Shown in pieces: positions 34,429-47,878 of a DNA stretch of 64,000 nucleotides. Both the position numbers and the translations under genes were made by a program. The stretch is from the NCBI GenBank assembly GCA_965203295.1, contig CBDBCZ010000018.1, positions 1,280,001-1,344,000 of the forward strand, read 5' to 3'. Below the pieces are notes generated by a model that was given only the letters and a program-made list of their open reading frames with translations, ran no database searches and had not been told where the DNA came from. Numbering within the stretch: position 1 is the stretch's first letter; each line of letters opens with the position of its first letter. The stretch is from Nitrospirales bacterium. Lineage in GTDB: Bacteria > Nitrospirota > Nitrospiria > Nitrospirales > UBA8639.

Positions 34429-36217
34429 AACCAATTGCTTAACCCCACCACATATGTGCAGGCTAACTAAGTAGCTAAAACTTGCTGAACTAGCTAGCTA
34501 CTGTACTGATAAAAGTACCCTACCTACCCTACAACTGCTACTCAGCAACTTGCTTAGTGGACCCACCTGTGATATGATAGTGCAGACTAAAATGTGATTA
34601 CCTGGTGCAATGGAGCTATTGTGTGCGTGAGTGTGCAAGCATGAGTGTGTGTACCACTACCACTGCATTATCCACCACAGTAACCCTTCTCTTACCCAGA
34701 CAAGCTAAATACTGTGACATAATGATGTGAAAAGCAGCGTAGAAACAAACATCACTCACGGGCCAATGCAGGGATTCTAGAAACATTATTGGGGGGGGGG
34801 GGGGGGGGGGGGAGGCAAAAGTGTAATATTGAAAACTTTGGTGGGCAATGTACAAAGTTTGTGTTTTGCACACTTCATGGTTGGGGGGGGGGGGGGGGGA
34901 GGGGCATGCTTCCCCATGAAAGATTTTTCAATTTAGACCTTCTGGGATCACGTTTGGTGCACTATACTTATTGTATTGTGTTATAATTTTATGTGTGTTA
35001 ATTTGCATGTACCACTCCAAATGTATTCTTTATGGAAGCCTCAAAAACTAAAACAAGCTGCAAAAAACTAACAGGCGAGGAAGCTATAATAATTATGACT
35101 GCCAAAGCCAAACAAATTTGATTTAAATATGCACTCTAGAGCGAACCCATTACATACCTGAGTGCAGCTACAGTGGTGTGGGCTTACTCCCATCCTGGTT
35201 CAACAATGCAAAAGATGAGGTCATGACCTCTGTAACCAAGCAACAATCTGTAATGCTGGCATAATTGGCAGAGTTAAAAAATTAGGCTTTGGGTTTGGCT
35301 GGCCAAAATGAAATTTTGATTGGCCATCTGCACAATTTGATACAAATAAGATCAAATTTTGGGTGGCCATTGTAGAAAATTGCACGGAAAATGGCCAGTG
35401 GCCAGCTGCTATTTTGAGCTCTGATTGGGCAAGGCTGACTGACAGCATGTTCTACATATGAACAATCACCCACTTGAAATGTTTTCTTTACAGAAGCCCC
35501 CAAAACTCAAAAACTAACAGGTGAGGAAGCTGATGTGTCTGCCAATGCCAAACAAATTTGATTTTAATATGCACTCTAGAGCAACAGCAAACCAGAAATG
35601 GATAAAACCACATCTAGCGTAATTGGTTTGATTCAAGAAGTGACCACCTCCTTTCAGAAGAGGAGGTCAAAGCTTAATTAATCACTCACCCACACATTAG
35701 AGCATGGGATTTACTCTAAAAACCTTGCGAAGGTAGTGAAAATTGCTGTTCCTGAGTGCAGCTACTAAGTGGTGTGGGCATACTAGTGTAGTGTTGTTTT
35801 AGTTAATTAACTGAAACTAAAAAACAAAAAGTGTTTTAGTTGGAGCAAAAAAAAGATTTAGTTAACTAACTAAAACTAAAACTTCAAGGGTACTGGCCTC
35901 TGGGAATAAACTATAACTAAACTAATATTTTTTTCGCCAAAATCAACACGTTTAGATAAGGTTAACTAATACTAAAAGTGTTTTAGTAACCATTTTTTTT
36001 TTTTAGTTGACTAACTAAAACTAAAATTATACTTTGTTCTTTATTAGCTTTTTTACTAAAACTAAATCTAATTATGTAAAGCCATACTAAAACAACACTA
36101 GGGCATACCACACAATAGTGCCATCCTGGGTTAACAATGCAAAAGTTGAGGTCATCACCAAGCAACAATCTGTATCTGTGGGCAGTCTACAGCAGTGCAT
36201 AGGGCAATGAGGGTTCC

Positions 36218-36781
36218 TAGTCTCGCGGGCCAGACGATTAAAGTACGTCTGGTCACGTTTGCCACGTTTTTGCAAACGTCGCCGGAATGTGGGCGACACC
36301 AATCAGATTGCAGAGCGTTCAATTACTACATAGCTCTTACGTTTAGTCACATGACAGTCTGTCCTTTTCAAACGAGATGTCATCGAGAAAAAAGTGTTAG
36401 CGAAAGTTGCGAGTTAGCTATGCTTCGGCCGAACCAGGAATGAGTAATAAGTTTTAAAATAAAAGACAGTTTCCGTCGCTGGTGTCTCAAGTGCACCGGA
36501 CAACTCGAGCAAAATACGAAGCACATGCTCTGCAGACTCACTGTGAAGATTCCGACGTTCCTTCGCCTTACCGCTGACTGACAAGGCAAGCATATCTCTA
36601 CCGACTGTCCATATCGTGATTATAATTATAGCGAGAGTCTATTAGCTTCACATAATAATTGCGTTCTGCCTCGTGAAAAATGACTGCGTCACGTGCACTA
36701 CATTCCAACGCGCAACGCAAGCGTGGCTATGGTGGCCAGACCTAACTTCCCCCAACAAAAATCGTCTGGCCCGCGAGACTA
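36218..36781. mobile_element. MITE with TAGTCTCGCGGGCCAGACGA TIRs and a 9-bp TSD
   Basis: TSD gagggttcc at 36209-36217 and 36782-36790; the empty site is visible in the duplicated block near 37165-37185. Confidence 0.92.
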
Positions 36782-37603
36782 GAGGGTTCCCTTTAGCCAA
36801 TTAAAGTGGAGGGCTGAGTATGGCTTCAAAAAGGCCCACTTCAAAATTAATAATGGTTAGGAAATCACTTTTAGAACTCATTAAATCTTCTACATGGGCT
36901 GATTTTGGTCTAAAAAAAACAGTAGTTGTAGCTTTATTCCCACCTTGAAGTTTCAAAATCAGAATTTTGATCTTTTTAAAAGTACTAAGTTTTCAGTTTC
37001 TCTTACCTAAAACTCATTACATACCTGAGTGCAGCTACTAAGTGGTGTGGGCATACCACACTATAGTGCCATCCTGGGTCAACAATGCAAAAGATGAGGT
37101 CATCACCTCTGTAACCATGCAACAATCTGTAGCTGTGGGCAGTCTACAGCAGTGCATAGGGCAATGAGGGTTCCCTTTAGCCAATTAAAGTGGAGAGCTG
37201 AGTATGGCTTCAAAAAAGGCACACTTTAAAATTAATAATGGTTAGCAAATCACTTTTAGAACTAATTAAATCTTCTACATGGGCTGATTTTGGTCTAAAA
37301 AAAACAGTAGTTGTAGCTTTATTCCCACCCTTGAAGTTTCAAAATCAGAATTTTGATGATCACGTGACTTTAGTTACCCTGTGACTTTCCTTCGTGCAAT
37401 CAAAAAAGTCACGGGCCTGCTGGGAACGAGGCTATCATTTAGCTGCCGTAAGTGTGGTCTGTCTGGTTGAGTGTGGGTACTGTGGGAAACAATGTTGGGG
37501 AATCCCCTGCCACAAGCCTAATTCGTAATTATGATGTCATAATTAGCTTAAAGCTATATACACAACAAAAAAACAAACAAATAACACATCAGGATTAAAA
37601 CTA

Positions 37604-38188
37604 CAGTGGAACTTCGATTATCCGAACCTCAATTATCCGGCACCTCGATTATCCGGATTGGAAAATTGTAATGAAGTTCCCTGGGTACACGACCAACAAC
37701 ATTACCGTCCTTTTTCACTACTGTAGCAAAGTAATCATGGCTATTGCTTCCTTCCCACTCCAACGTTAGTTCCTCTCCTATAATTGGAGTCCAAACAGTT
37801 TTGTAAACGTGGTGGCCTCGAATAACACCATCTAAAATATAGATTCGCGGGCAGCCTCTGACGGGCTCCGATCCCTTCGCAACCTCGAACAGACAAAGGT
37901 GAGGTCCGACAACTGTTAGCTAGTAAAGTCAAGTGAGCCCTATTACTCTACTTTTACTGTAGTTGCTACATCTTCTTGCTTATTCCTTACCACGGTACTT
38001 GAATTTTAGCGGCGGCTACTAATCGAGGACGGCCACTATTTCGTTCAGCACTTCTGGAGGTGCGGCTATAATTCGAGGGCGGCTACTAATCGAGGGCGGC
38101 GTCTGATCACGGAAATACGGTATTCACTTATCCGACGTCCTGAGTAGAATGTTTGGCCAAGGGTGTTCGGATAATCGAGGTTCCACTG
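37604..38188. mobile_element. Tc1/mariner-pogo-type MITE (TA TSD; CAGTGGAAC.TCGATTATCCGAAC TIR)
   Basis: ta-cagtggaacttcgattatccgaac ... gttcggataatcgaggttccactg-ta. Confidence 0.85.
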
Positions 38189-39240
38189 TACTACTTGGTC
38201 TGATAATTTTGGGAGCTACTTATTCTTAGCCCCAGACGTATCACTAGAACTCAGGTTTTCATTTAGAAAAATTGTCAAGGGGGGGGGGGGCAAAAGTGAA
38301 ATGTTGATGACTTTGGGGGGGGGGTGTACAATGTTGTGTGCTTAGCACACTTCATACTAGCTAGGGCATGAAAAAATGAATGCTAGGATTATGCTGGATG
38401 CAACATCTATGAATGCTCATTTTAATGCTGAGGCCTACTTGGGTGGTGTGAGGGAGTTGGTCAAAACAATACAGATGAGTGCACAAGCTGAAGTGCTGTC
38501 TGGGGGCAAGAATGCAAAAGATGAGGTCACCTCATTGGTTACCAAGCAAGCAAAGATTTGTAACCAAGCAACAGAGATAGGATTCCCTTTAGCCAAAGTG
38601 GTACTGTGAATTGCAGTTCCCTTTGAACAGCAGCTACATGACATCAGCAGTAATTGGAGGTGTTGTGTTAGCAGTTGAAAGAAGATAAAAGGAGATAAAA
38701 GAAAGCTAATTGATTAAATTGCTGCAGCAGTCTGATGGCAGATAAACAGTGTTCAAAGTGAACTGAAATCCACAGTATGTTATTCATTAAAGTGTTTTAA
38801 CAGCTGTTTCTTAGGATGGTTGTAATCACAGATCACCAATATTAAATATTCAAACCACACATCACAGAGTGAATCCAATACACACCTGGGTGGCAGTCAA
38901 CAGCATTGCTACATACACATGTACGTACACTTGGGCGTAGGCCTCGGCCTATAATGCTCAATTTAAAAAAAAAAATGATATGAAGCACTGTTTGTTAGAT
39001 TAGCCAATAACGCTCAGGATTAGGCTCCGTCAAATGAATGAAATAAGTTACGACACAATACATCGAAAAACAACCGAGTCAGAATATTTTAGGTGCTACC
39101 GGTAGAAGTCTTAGCATTGCACTAGCACCGTGTCTATCGCAAGTCACTGCCACAGTGACGTAATGCTCAAAAATTACACAGATTGTGCTCGATGCAAAAC
39201 ATCTGCGTAATGTTCGTTTCAATGCTTGCCTGATATACTG

Positions 39241-39517
39241 CAGTCTTGTGCCCAGCCCCACGTTAGGAAGGTGGGTCTGGCTCCCCGTATATTCAAAGTT
39301 GGGGCAGCTTTACGTCAGCGGTCCCAGAACTGGACCGGCAATGTGATTGGTTAGTTATAGTATTGCATCACTAAACGGTTGCAGTGTCCGGATATCGATA
39401 CTAGTGTCCACGTGGACACTATTTGTTTGGTGATGTAATATGATGCAACGCTAACCCAACTTTGAATACACAAGGAGCCAGCCCCACCTTTCTAACGTGG
39501 GGCTGGGCACGAGACTA
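39241..39517. mobile_element. TAGTCTCGTGCCCAGCCCC-family MITE
   Basis: Long TIRs, homologous to 62357-62632. Confidence 0.85.
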
Positions 39518-40216
39518 GGTATGCTGAGGCCTTCTTGGGTGGTGTAAGGGAGATAGTCAAAATGATACAGATGAGTGCTGTCTGGGGGGAAGAATGCAAA
39601 AGATGAGGTCACCTCATCAAGCAACCATTTGTAACCAAGCAACAGTCTGCAGCATAATCAGTGTGTGGGTGTGTGTGGGGGTGGTGTGTGTGGGTGGCAC
39701 AGCATAATAGGTAGATTTTTGAGCATAATGGATGCAGGCCTAGCCTGGGGGCAAGAATGCAAAAGATGAGGTCACCTCATTGGTTACCATGCAAGCAACA
39801 GTCTGCAGCCTAGCAACAGAGATAGGATTCCCTTTAGCCAAAGTGGTATGTTATTCATTAAAGTGTTTTTTAACAGCTGTTACTTAGGATGGTTGTATTC
39901 ACAGATCACAAATATTCACAGACAGTATTCTCAGACAGGTGTTGGTAAGGGCAGGTCAAAAAACCTAAAACCAGAAAGAGCAACACTTTGGCTAACACTT
40001 TGGAGTGCTTTGAAAAGCTTCTTCAAATGTTTACACTAAATTAATTACACTTTTAAGGAAGCATGATTAAGAATGGATCAGATTGCTCAAAGGGTACCAA
40101 AAGATAAAATTAAATATCTTTGGTTCCAGGACCCAGGTGTGGTAAAAATGTCACATTATGAAAGCAGTGACTTTTCGGAAATAAGTCTGACACTTCAAGT
40201 CTGAAAAACCAGCCCA

Positions 40217-41492
40217 CAGTAGCTCACATTCACAGGGGCTTCCCCGCAATTATTCGGAGTACCTTCAGAGCTACAGATTACAGCAAGTTGGAGTGTGCAG
40301 TGCCACCACAATAAGCTGTTGCAAAGGTGTCTGGTTATAGGCAGTAGCTCACATTTACAGGGGCTTCCCCACAATTATTCTGAGTACCTTCAGAGCTACA
40401 GATTACAGCAAGTTGGAGTGTGCTGTGCCACCACAATAAGCTGTTGCAATGGTGTCTGGTTACAGGCAGTAGCTCACATTCACAGGGGCTTCCCCACAAT
40501 TATTCTGAGTACCTTTAGAGCTAAAGATTACAGCAAGTTGGAGTGTGCAGTGCAACCACAATAAGCTGTTGCAAAGGTGCCTGGTTACAGGCAGTAGCTC
40601 ACATTTACAGGGGTTTCCCCACAATTATTCTGGGTACCTTCAGAGCTACAGATTACAGCAAGTTGGAGTGTGCAGGGCATCCTAAATGAGTTAGTCTAAG
40701 GGTGTCTGGTTATAGGCAGTAGCTCACATTTACAGGGGTTTCCCCACAATTATTCTGAGTACCTTCAGAGCTACAGATTACAGCAAGTTGGAGTGTGCAG
40801 TGCCACCACAATAAGCTGTTGCAAAGGTGCCTGGTTACAGGCAGTAGCTCACATTCACAGGGGCTTCCCCACAATTATTCTGAGTACCTTCAGAGCTAAA
40901 GATTACAGCAAGTTGGAGTGTGCAGTGCCACCACAATAAGCTGTTGCAAAGGTGTGTGGTTACAGGCAGTAGCTCATTCACAGGGGCTTCCCCACAATTA
41001 TTCTGGGTACCTTCAGAGCTACAGATTACAGCAAGTTGGAGTGTGCAGGGCACCCTAAATGAGTTAGTCTAATTGTGTCCGGTTACAGGCAGTAGCTCAC
41101 AATCACAGGGGCTTCCCCACAATTATTCTGAGTACCTTCAGAGCTACAGATTACAGCAAGTTGGAGTGTGCAGGGCATCCTAAATGAGTTAGTCTAAGGG
41201 TGTCTGGTTACAGGCAGTAGCTCACATTCACAGGGGCTTTCCCACAATTATTCTGAGTACCTTCAGAGCTACAGATTACAGTGCGCAGTGCCACCACAAT
41301 AAGCTGTTGCAAAGGTGTCTGGTTACAGGCAGTAGCTCACATTCACAGGGGCTTCCTCACAATTATTCTGAGTACCTTCAGAGCTACAGACTACAGCAAG
41401 TTGGAGTGTGCAGGGCATCCTAAATGAGTTAGTCTAATGGTGTCTGGTTACGGGCAGTAGCTCATTCGCAGGGGCTTCCCCACAATTATTCT
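40217..41492. repeat. 125-bp tandem repeat, ~10 copies, with two alternative internal cassettes
   Basis: cagtagctcac recurs at 40217, 40342, 40467, 40592...; cassette A tgccaccacaataagctgttgcaaa versus cassette B ggcatcctaaatgagttagtctaag. Confidence 0.95.
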
Positions 41493-43019
41493 AAGGTAAG
41501 CAAAGTTTGAGGGTACTAATATTAGCGCAAAATAGCAATGTTGAAAAATTAGCTAAATTTTGTACCCACAAAAATAATTACTCAGTGCGTGAGCAGCTTC
41601 AGTTAACGTCCGCATATACTTATTAACGTGCTAAGTTATGCATGTATACAGTGCGCACATACACACGTACACACACAATACTGTACACACTTGTACGAAA
41701 TACGTAGTTGTATTTACGCATAGAATCTGACATGGTGTTTTAAATTAATACCCTCCAAATCCACTATATGTCCCATCTGCTAATTTTTGCCACTACAAAT
41801 AAGGTAGTCGCTTTAAGGTACATTGACTGTCATAGCTGGCTTCTTTTTACCAGCCGGAGCGTGCGACTATGATTGCTTTACGTTTTCCGCGTCTGTTTGT
41901 TTGTTTGTCTGTTTGTGCGTCCGCACTTATCACGTGCGCAATATATTATGTCATGCGCTACTATGCAACTGCAGTGTATAGCAGCTTTTGGAGGTTTGCA
42001 GGCCAAGCTACAGCAAATGAAGGTAGTTTTGTGTTGCCTAGATGGCGAAAACGTGGTAGGTAGCCGTAAAGATCCTGGTTTCTTGGCATATAGCTACTAA
42101 CTGGAGGCGCTTGACGAAACTGCTGAGTCAGCACTTTCGCTATACCGCTCTAGGAATATAGTATCTCTGGCTCTACAGCTGTAGTTGAATAGTTTGGCCT
42201 AAGCTGAGTTGTATGTATTGTACGGAAAAGGCAGCCTCGTTCCCAGGCCCGCGTCATTTTCGGTTGGGAAAAAGTCGCGGGCCTGGAAACGAGGCTACGC
42301 CTACGGAAAAGGCATCCGGCTGGTTTTTTAGACATGAAATGTCAGACTTGTTATTGAAGGTAAGTCAACACTCCTAGCAACACTTTCCCCCTCTCTCATA
42401 TATTATACAGTGCAGCAATGTACAAGCAATACCAAGACAATGCCTGGTCCCTTATGCCTAACAGACACAGACTGATAGTCTAACTAGGTACATAAATTAT
42501 GAACAATTCTTAGGACAGAAAGTAGTTTACACACATCTAGAGGTATTGTTTAGGCACAATACCTATTGGCTGAAAAAGTACCTATTGTACTATGCTGCAC
42601 TGCTCCAAAAATCTTCCTATTATGCTCAACAAATGCCAAATCCATCTCCATTATCCCTGTTGCTATCTTGTTTTCTTTACTGTTCTTGAGTTGGTGTATG
42701 GCTAGTGCGTGTTTACACTAAAGGTCTTTCATGCCTGCTTAACTAAAACACCCTCATGCCTGATTAGTTGTTGATTGAATGCATGCAAAGGGGAAGCAGC
42801 ATGACCAGATGTGAGAGCACTCCACCTTACCTATACTATATGAACCTATGCTATATGAACCAAGAAAACTGAATCATGAACTGAACTAATGCATATCCGA
42901 AATTTGCGAATACACAGGGAAATGTCTCTTAGCACACGCCTTAGTCTATGCTCAAATTATGCTCACCATGTGACTCACTGGCAGTGCCTATCCTTGTGGT
43001 AAGGCAGCTGATGAGAGAA

Positions 43020-43290
43020 ATGGAATGGCGGGAGGGCTGTGTACATTGTGAACTCTTCAAGAGAAGAAAGCTTTCTGAGAGAGTAAAGAAATCCCGAAAA
43101 ATCGAGACCCAGCTGGGGATTGAACCCAGGACCTTCTGAATACTAGTCAGATGCTCTTACCAATTGAGCTACTGGAGCCCCCTTGGCAGAGGAGCAGTAG
43201 GCAAGCTTTATATAGCCACTAAACCCGCTAGTAGCACTTGCCAGTAGGACCCAGCCAATTCCAACTGTAATTACTCCCTCATTATAGGAC
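43020..43290 (-). mobile_element. Best-preserved copy of the dispersed repeat with an internal tRNA-Thr-like module
   Basis: Homologous to 60348-61072, 24365-24760 and 17870-18010, including flanks on both sides of the tRNA in the longer copies. Confidence 0.75.
43106..43178 (-). tRNA. tRNA-Thr(AGT)-like sequence (repeat-borne, possibly a pseudogene)
   Basis: Minus strand: GCTCCAG TA GCTC AATTGGTAA GAGC A TCTGA CTAGTAT TCAGA AGGTC CTGGG TTCAATC CCCAG CTGGGTC. Full cloverleaf, anticodon AGT, one acceptor-stem mismatch. Confidence 0.6.
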
Positions 43291-44099
43291 ATGTACATTC
43301 GAAGACGTCAACTAAGAAACAGCCAGAGATGTCATTTTGAACACTTGCCTTGCCCCCCCGCCCAAACCCCGGGGGTGGGGGGGGGGGGGGGGAGGGTGAA
43401 ACAATTTCACGTATGAGAGAAGAGTGGGCAGCCAAACACTAATCAAACGAAGACTAAACGCTCAGTAAAACAAACGATGAGTGTGTGTGTGTGTACAATC
43501 AATAACCATTGTTAGTGCACTTTTTCTAGGGTCGCTAGCAAAACACACATAATGGGGGTAAAACGCCAGCATAGTAGATTGGGTTATCTACTCCTCTCTC
43601 AGTATATGGACGTGGTCTCATACTAAGACTGCAGCAGTCCCATACTCGTACTACTTCGGAGAACAGCCAGACGTCATTTTGAAACAAACTTTAGAGTACA
43701 TGACACTATCTGGACAGCGCACACTTTTTAAATAACGCCCAACGAAAATGAGGCTGTGCAGTTTGCAGGGCACCCTAAATGAGTTAGTCCTAGTGGTGTA
43801 ACCAAACACCACTAGATTAACAGATTTAGCCCTGCACACTCCGGCCTGCTGTCTGTGGCTGTGTAGTTAATTGGGGGGAAACTCCCATGAGTGTGCGCTA
43901 CTGCCTGTAACCAGACACCAACTCACTGTGGGCGACTTAGGCCCACTTACTATGGATCTTGTTCAGTTTTAACAGGAATATTATTATGGTGCAGGTGAGC
44001 TACAAGAAGTGTGGATTTGCCTTCACTCGTTGCTCGGGAATTGCAATTGTACTCGCTCACACTCATAATTACCATTCTACTATCTTTCTACTATTGGCC

Positions 44100-44410
<311 letters not shown>

Positions 44411-45022
44411 TGACAACCTTCATGTAACCAAAAATGGGGCTTTGGAACAGCTAAATGCTGTCTACACATCCACTTAGGCCACTTACTAAAAGCCACTATG
44501 GAACCTGTTTGGACTGGTACAGTTTTGACAGGAACACCTTTGAAGTAGGCCAAGCTACTATTCATGAGGCTTTGAAGGTTTTCAGAACTTTGCACTGCAT
44601 ACTTTACTACTAAGTGGTATTACACTAATTGAATTCCACCAAATCACTCCCTGCTCAACGAACTCAGTCATGCCTCACACCAAAGGTTAACCTTTACTAA
44701 TCAGGTCTCATTAAAGTCATGTGTAGCTCAGTACTGTAGATTACACAACTAAGTGCCACGCCGCTCTGCCATGTTGCAGCAGTTGCAGAGGGGCGATTCA
44801 AGGGCTCGGGCTTTAAACACAACAAAAGACTCCTACGTCACCTTACGAGTCCATTTTCAAGGTGATAGAGCCAGGGCGCAATCGTGAAAAAGTCCAAAAA
44901 CGGTCAATGGAGAGTACTGTACTAAACGTGCATTACGTAATCTACAGTACTGAGCTACAAGTGACTTTAATGAGACCTGATTAGTAAAGGTCAACCTTGA
45001 TCGACCTCCTCTGGCCACACAC

Positions 45023-46912
45023 TAGTAGTGCACGATATGGTGATACTTACCGATATCGACGGTATGCATGCGCGGCAATACAATTATTTGACGTGACGAT
45101 ATTATCGAGATAATTTTGCACGTGGCAAGCCGATCATGGCAATGAGCGACGAGTCTGTCGAGCCAGCTACTGCCGGCGAAGGCGAAGCCGAACCCGAACC
45201 CGTGGTTGAACTAGTAGCTAAGCGAAATACTATCGCTCCTGTTTGGAAGCATTTTGGATTCGAAGCGGACGAGAAAGGCAAGCCGCGATCGCCTGATCAC
45301 CCAAAGTGCCGCGTGTGTCATCAAGACGTGGCAACCAAGGATGGCAACACTTCCAATCTCTACAGCCATTTGAAGAATCGACATCCTGAACTGTACTTAC
45401 AGGTAGAAAAGAAGAGGCCAAGCACAGCTCGCCCAGCAGGTCACCCGTCACTATCAGAGGCGTGGCAAAGGACGCAGACACTTGCGTCTAGCTCTCGAGA
45501 GCACAAGGAACTAACTAAAGCAGTGACCTACTGTTTGGCCAAGGATATTCTTCCAATTTCCACAGTTGATAAACCTGGGTTTAAGGCCATGCTGCAGAGA
45601 TTCAACCCCAGGTATCAGGTACCTAGTCGTAATTATTTCACTAGGGTGTCCATACCGGCTTTGGTTTCCGAGGTTAAAGGTGCTATTGAGCTGAAGATTG
45701 AGGGTGGAGAGTGGAAGTTAGCAGAAACTCTACATCAGTGGAAGTTAGCAGAGTCACAGTTGGTTGGGATCACAAGTGATAGCGGTTCAAATGTGAAATT
45801 AGCATGTGAGCTTCTCAAATGGAAAAGATTGAGCTGCTTTGGTCATAATTTGAACCTAGCAGTTGAAAAGGGACTCAATGATGCACGTGTACAACGTGTT
45901 CTTCGTCTGTGCAAGAGTGTTGTCGCCACCTTCTCCCGAAGTTGGAAAAAACAGCGAGACCTTACTATCATTCAAGAGCAAAAAGGTCTTCCAACCCACA
46001 AGCTGAAGGCAGATGTGGTTACCCGTTGGGGATCCTCTTATGAGATGGTAGAGAGGTTGCTTGAGCAAATGGAAGCAGTGAGGGTTGTTTTAGCCAGTGA
46101 TAGGAAATCATCACATTTGATACCAACCTGGCAGGACTGTGACGTTCTTGACTCCATTTCTGCTGCTCTGAAGCCTCTAAAAGAGATGACTGATGCTCTT
46201 TCGGGTGAGAAGTGTGTAACAGTCTCTGCAGTAAAGCCCCTCCTAAACTACATCACCACAGACATCCTAGTTGACAAAGAAGGGGATAGTGAGTTGACCA
46301 AGGAGATGAAAGAACGAGTGAAAGTGGATCTGGAGATACTCCAATCCAGAACTAAGCCAGCTGCTGGAGCTTGCTTCATTCCGTGATCCCCGCTTCAAAC
46401 TAGGGTATGTCAGTGACAGAGAGAGCACTTTAAAGGAAGTGAAAGAACAGATGTGTGGTGCTAGCAATGATGTAACAGATGGTGAAGGTGGACCTAGCAG
46501 TGCTTCCGGCGATGATCGATCTTCAGCTAGTGAGCCTCCTAGAAAAAAACCTAAAGGACTGATTAAGATACTTGCTAAACGACTAGGTGCTACATCAAGA
46601 ATTGGTTTGACTACCGAGGAGAAGATTACGCAAGAGCTTGACCAGTACCTTTGTATCTGTGCTACAAGTGTGCCATCCGAACGTGTATTCAGCTGTGCCG
46701 GGCATATTGTGTCAGACCAGAGAAGCTCCTTGAAACCTGATAAAGTGGATAAGTTGGTATTTCTGGCTCGAAATCTAAAGTAAGTGACTCTCTTTTTTTT
46801 TTTACTTCTAATTGTAACAATGCACTTGAAATTTTTTGTGATATTTAGTAATATCGTGATATCATGTGTGATGATATATCGTGGGGTGAAAAATTGATAT
46901 CGTGAAGGCCTA
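45023..46912 (+). mobile_element. hAT (Ac/ZBED1-like) DNA transposon, internally deleted
   Basis: 8-bp TSD ccacacac at 45015-45022 and 46913-46920; imperfect TIRs TAGTAGTGCACGATAT / TAGGCCTTCACGATAT; contains a transposase ORF. Confidence 0.93.
45136..46783 (+). pseudogene. hAT transposase pseudogene (BED zinc finger, ZBED1-like)
   Basis: BED finger VWKHF..CRVC..NLYSHLKNRH, plus SDSGSNV, SCFGHNLNL, TRWGS and [11 protein letters not shown]. The first catalytic TTDxW region is missing, there is a frameshift near 46340 and the dimerisation domain is truncated. Confidence 0.9.
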
Positions 46913-47878
46913 CCACACACTGACCTAAATCAGGGATTCATGGAGGGGCAGTAAAGTGTCGTTATTACAGAGGTGTCCTGGCTTATCTCAGGAGTACGTG
47001 TCCTCTAAAAGGGGGGCTTGATCGTCCCCTTACACCTGTTGCGTTTGATACAGAGAAGTATTTTCTAGGCGTATAAGTATTTTCCAGCTAGGCATTTGTA
47101 TTCACAAGGTGCATGTAATTGATGTGTACTTATGTTCCAGAGTATATAGTATACCCTATGGGAGCTTAATACTGTAATTTATACGTATGTATACTGCATA
47201 CCATAAACTCTGGAGTACAAGTACAGGTACTTCTATTCGGAGATTGTGCACTCTTGTGGCACAGACTATGTGGGGTACTTATAATCATGGGTTACTTTTT
47301 AACGAGGTTAAACATATGGTAGTACAACAGCATGCACATGAAACTTGTAGTTTTGGTTTTGACGGTCACTTTTGTGTTTTCTTGACTTCACTGGTCTTAC
47401 ATGTGAGCGGACTTTCTTTGCACTGAAGTGTATACTTGCAAGGCAGTTCTATGCACCCACCAACGACCCATATATATGCCTTCTGATGCAGGTCTAGGTG
47501 GACCCGATACCGTCCTCACTATTCATGCTTAACTAGTTACACATGCACTGTTTATGCATCCCAGGTTACGTACGTAGTTGTCCGATCAAAAATCTGCACT
47601 GCAAAAGTCCTGACGGGATAATCATGTTCCCATGACAACACCATAGTAGTGCTCCCTCACTATTACTCCGCTGGAACTCTGACCTATGGTCTGTGATAAC
47701 CACTACATAGCATGGATAGTGGACCTTTTGTGAACTTAGTGCTACTCACGTGACCTTCGACGAATCAGAAGTCTCAAACTCGATCACATGACCGCACGTT
47801 AAATCGCTTAGTGCACACTTTTCTAAATAACGCCCAACAGAACCGTGGCTGTCTCAGGTCAGTGAGTGAACTAAATAC

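Noticed and set aside
40217..41492. CRISPR-like repeat-spacer array
   Set aside because: Only two cassette types, a ~100-bp constant part and no cas genes.
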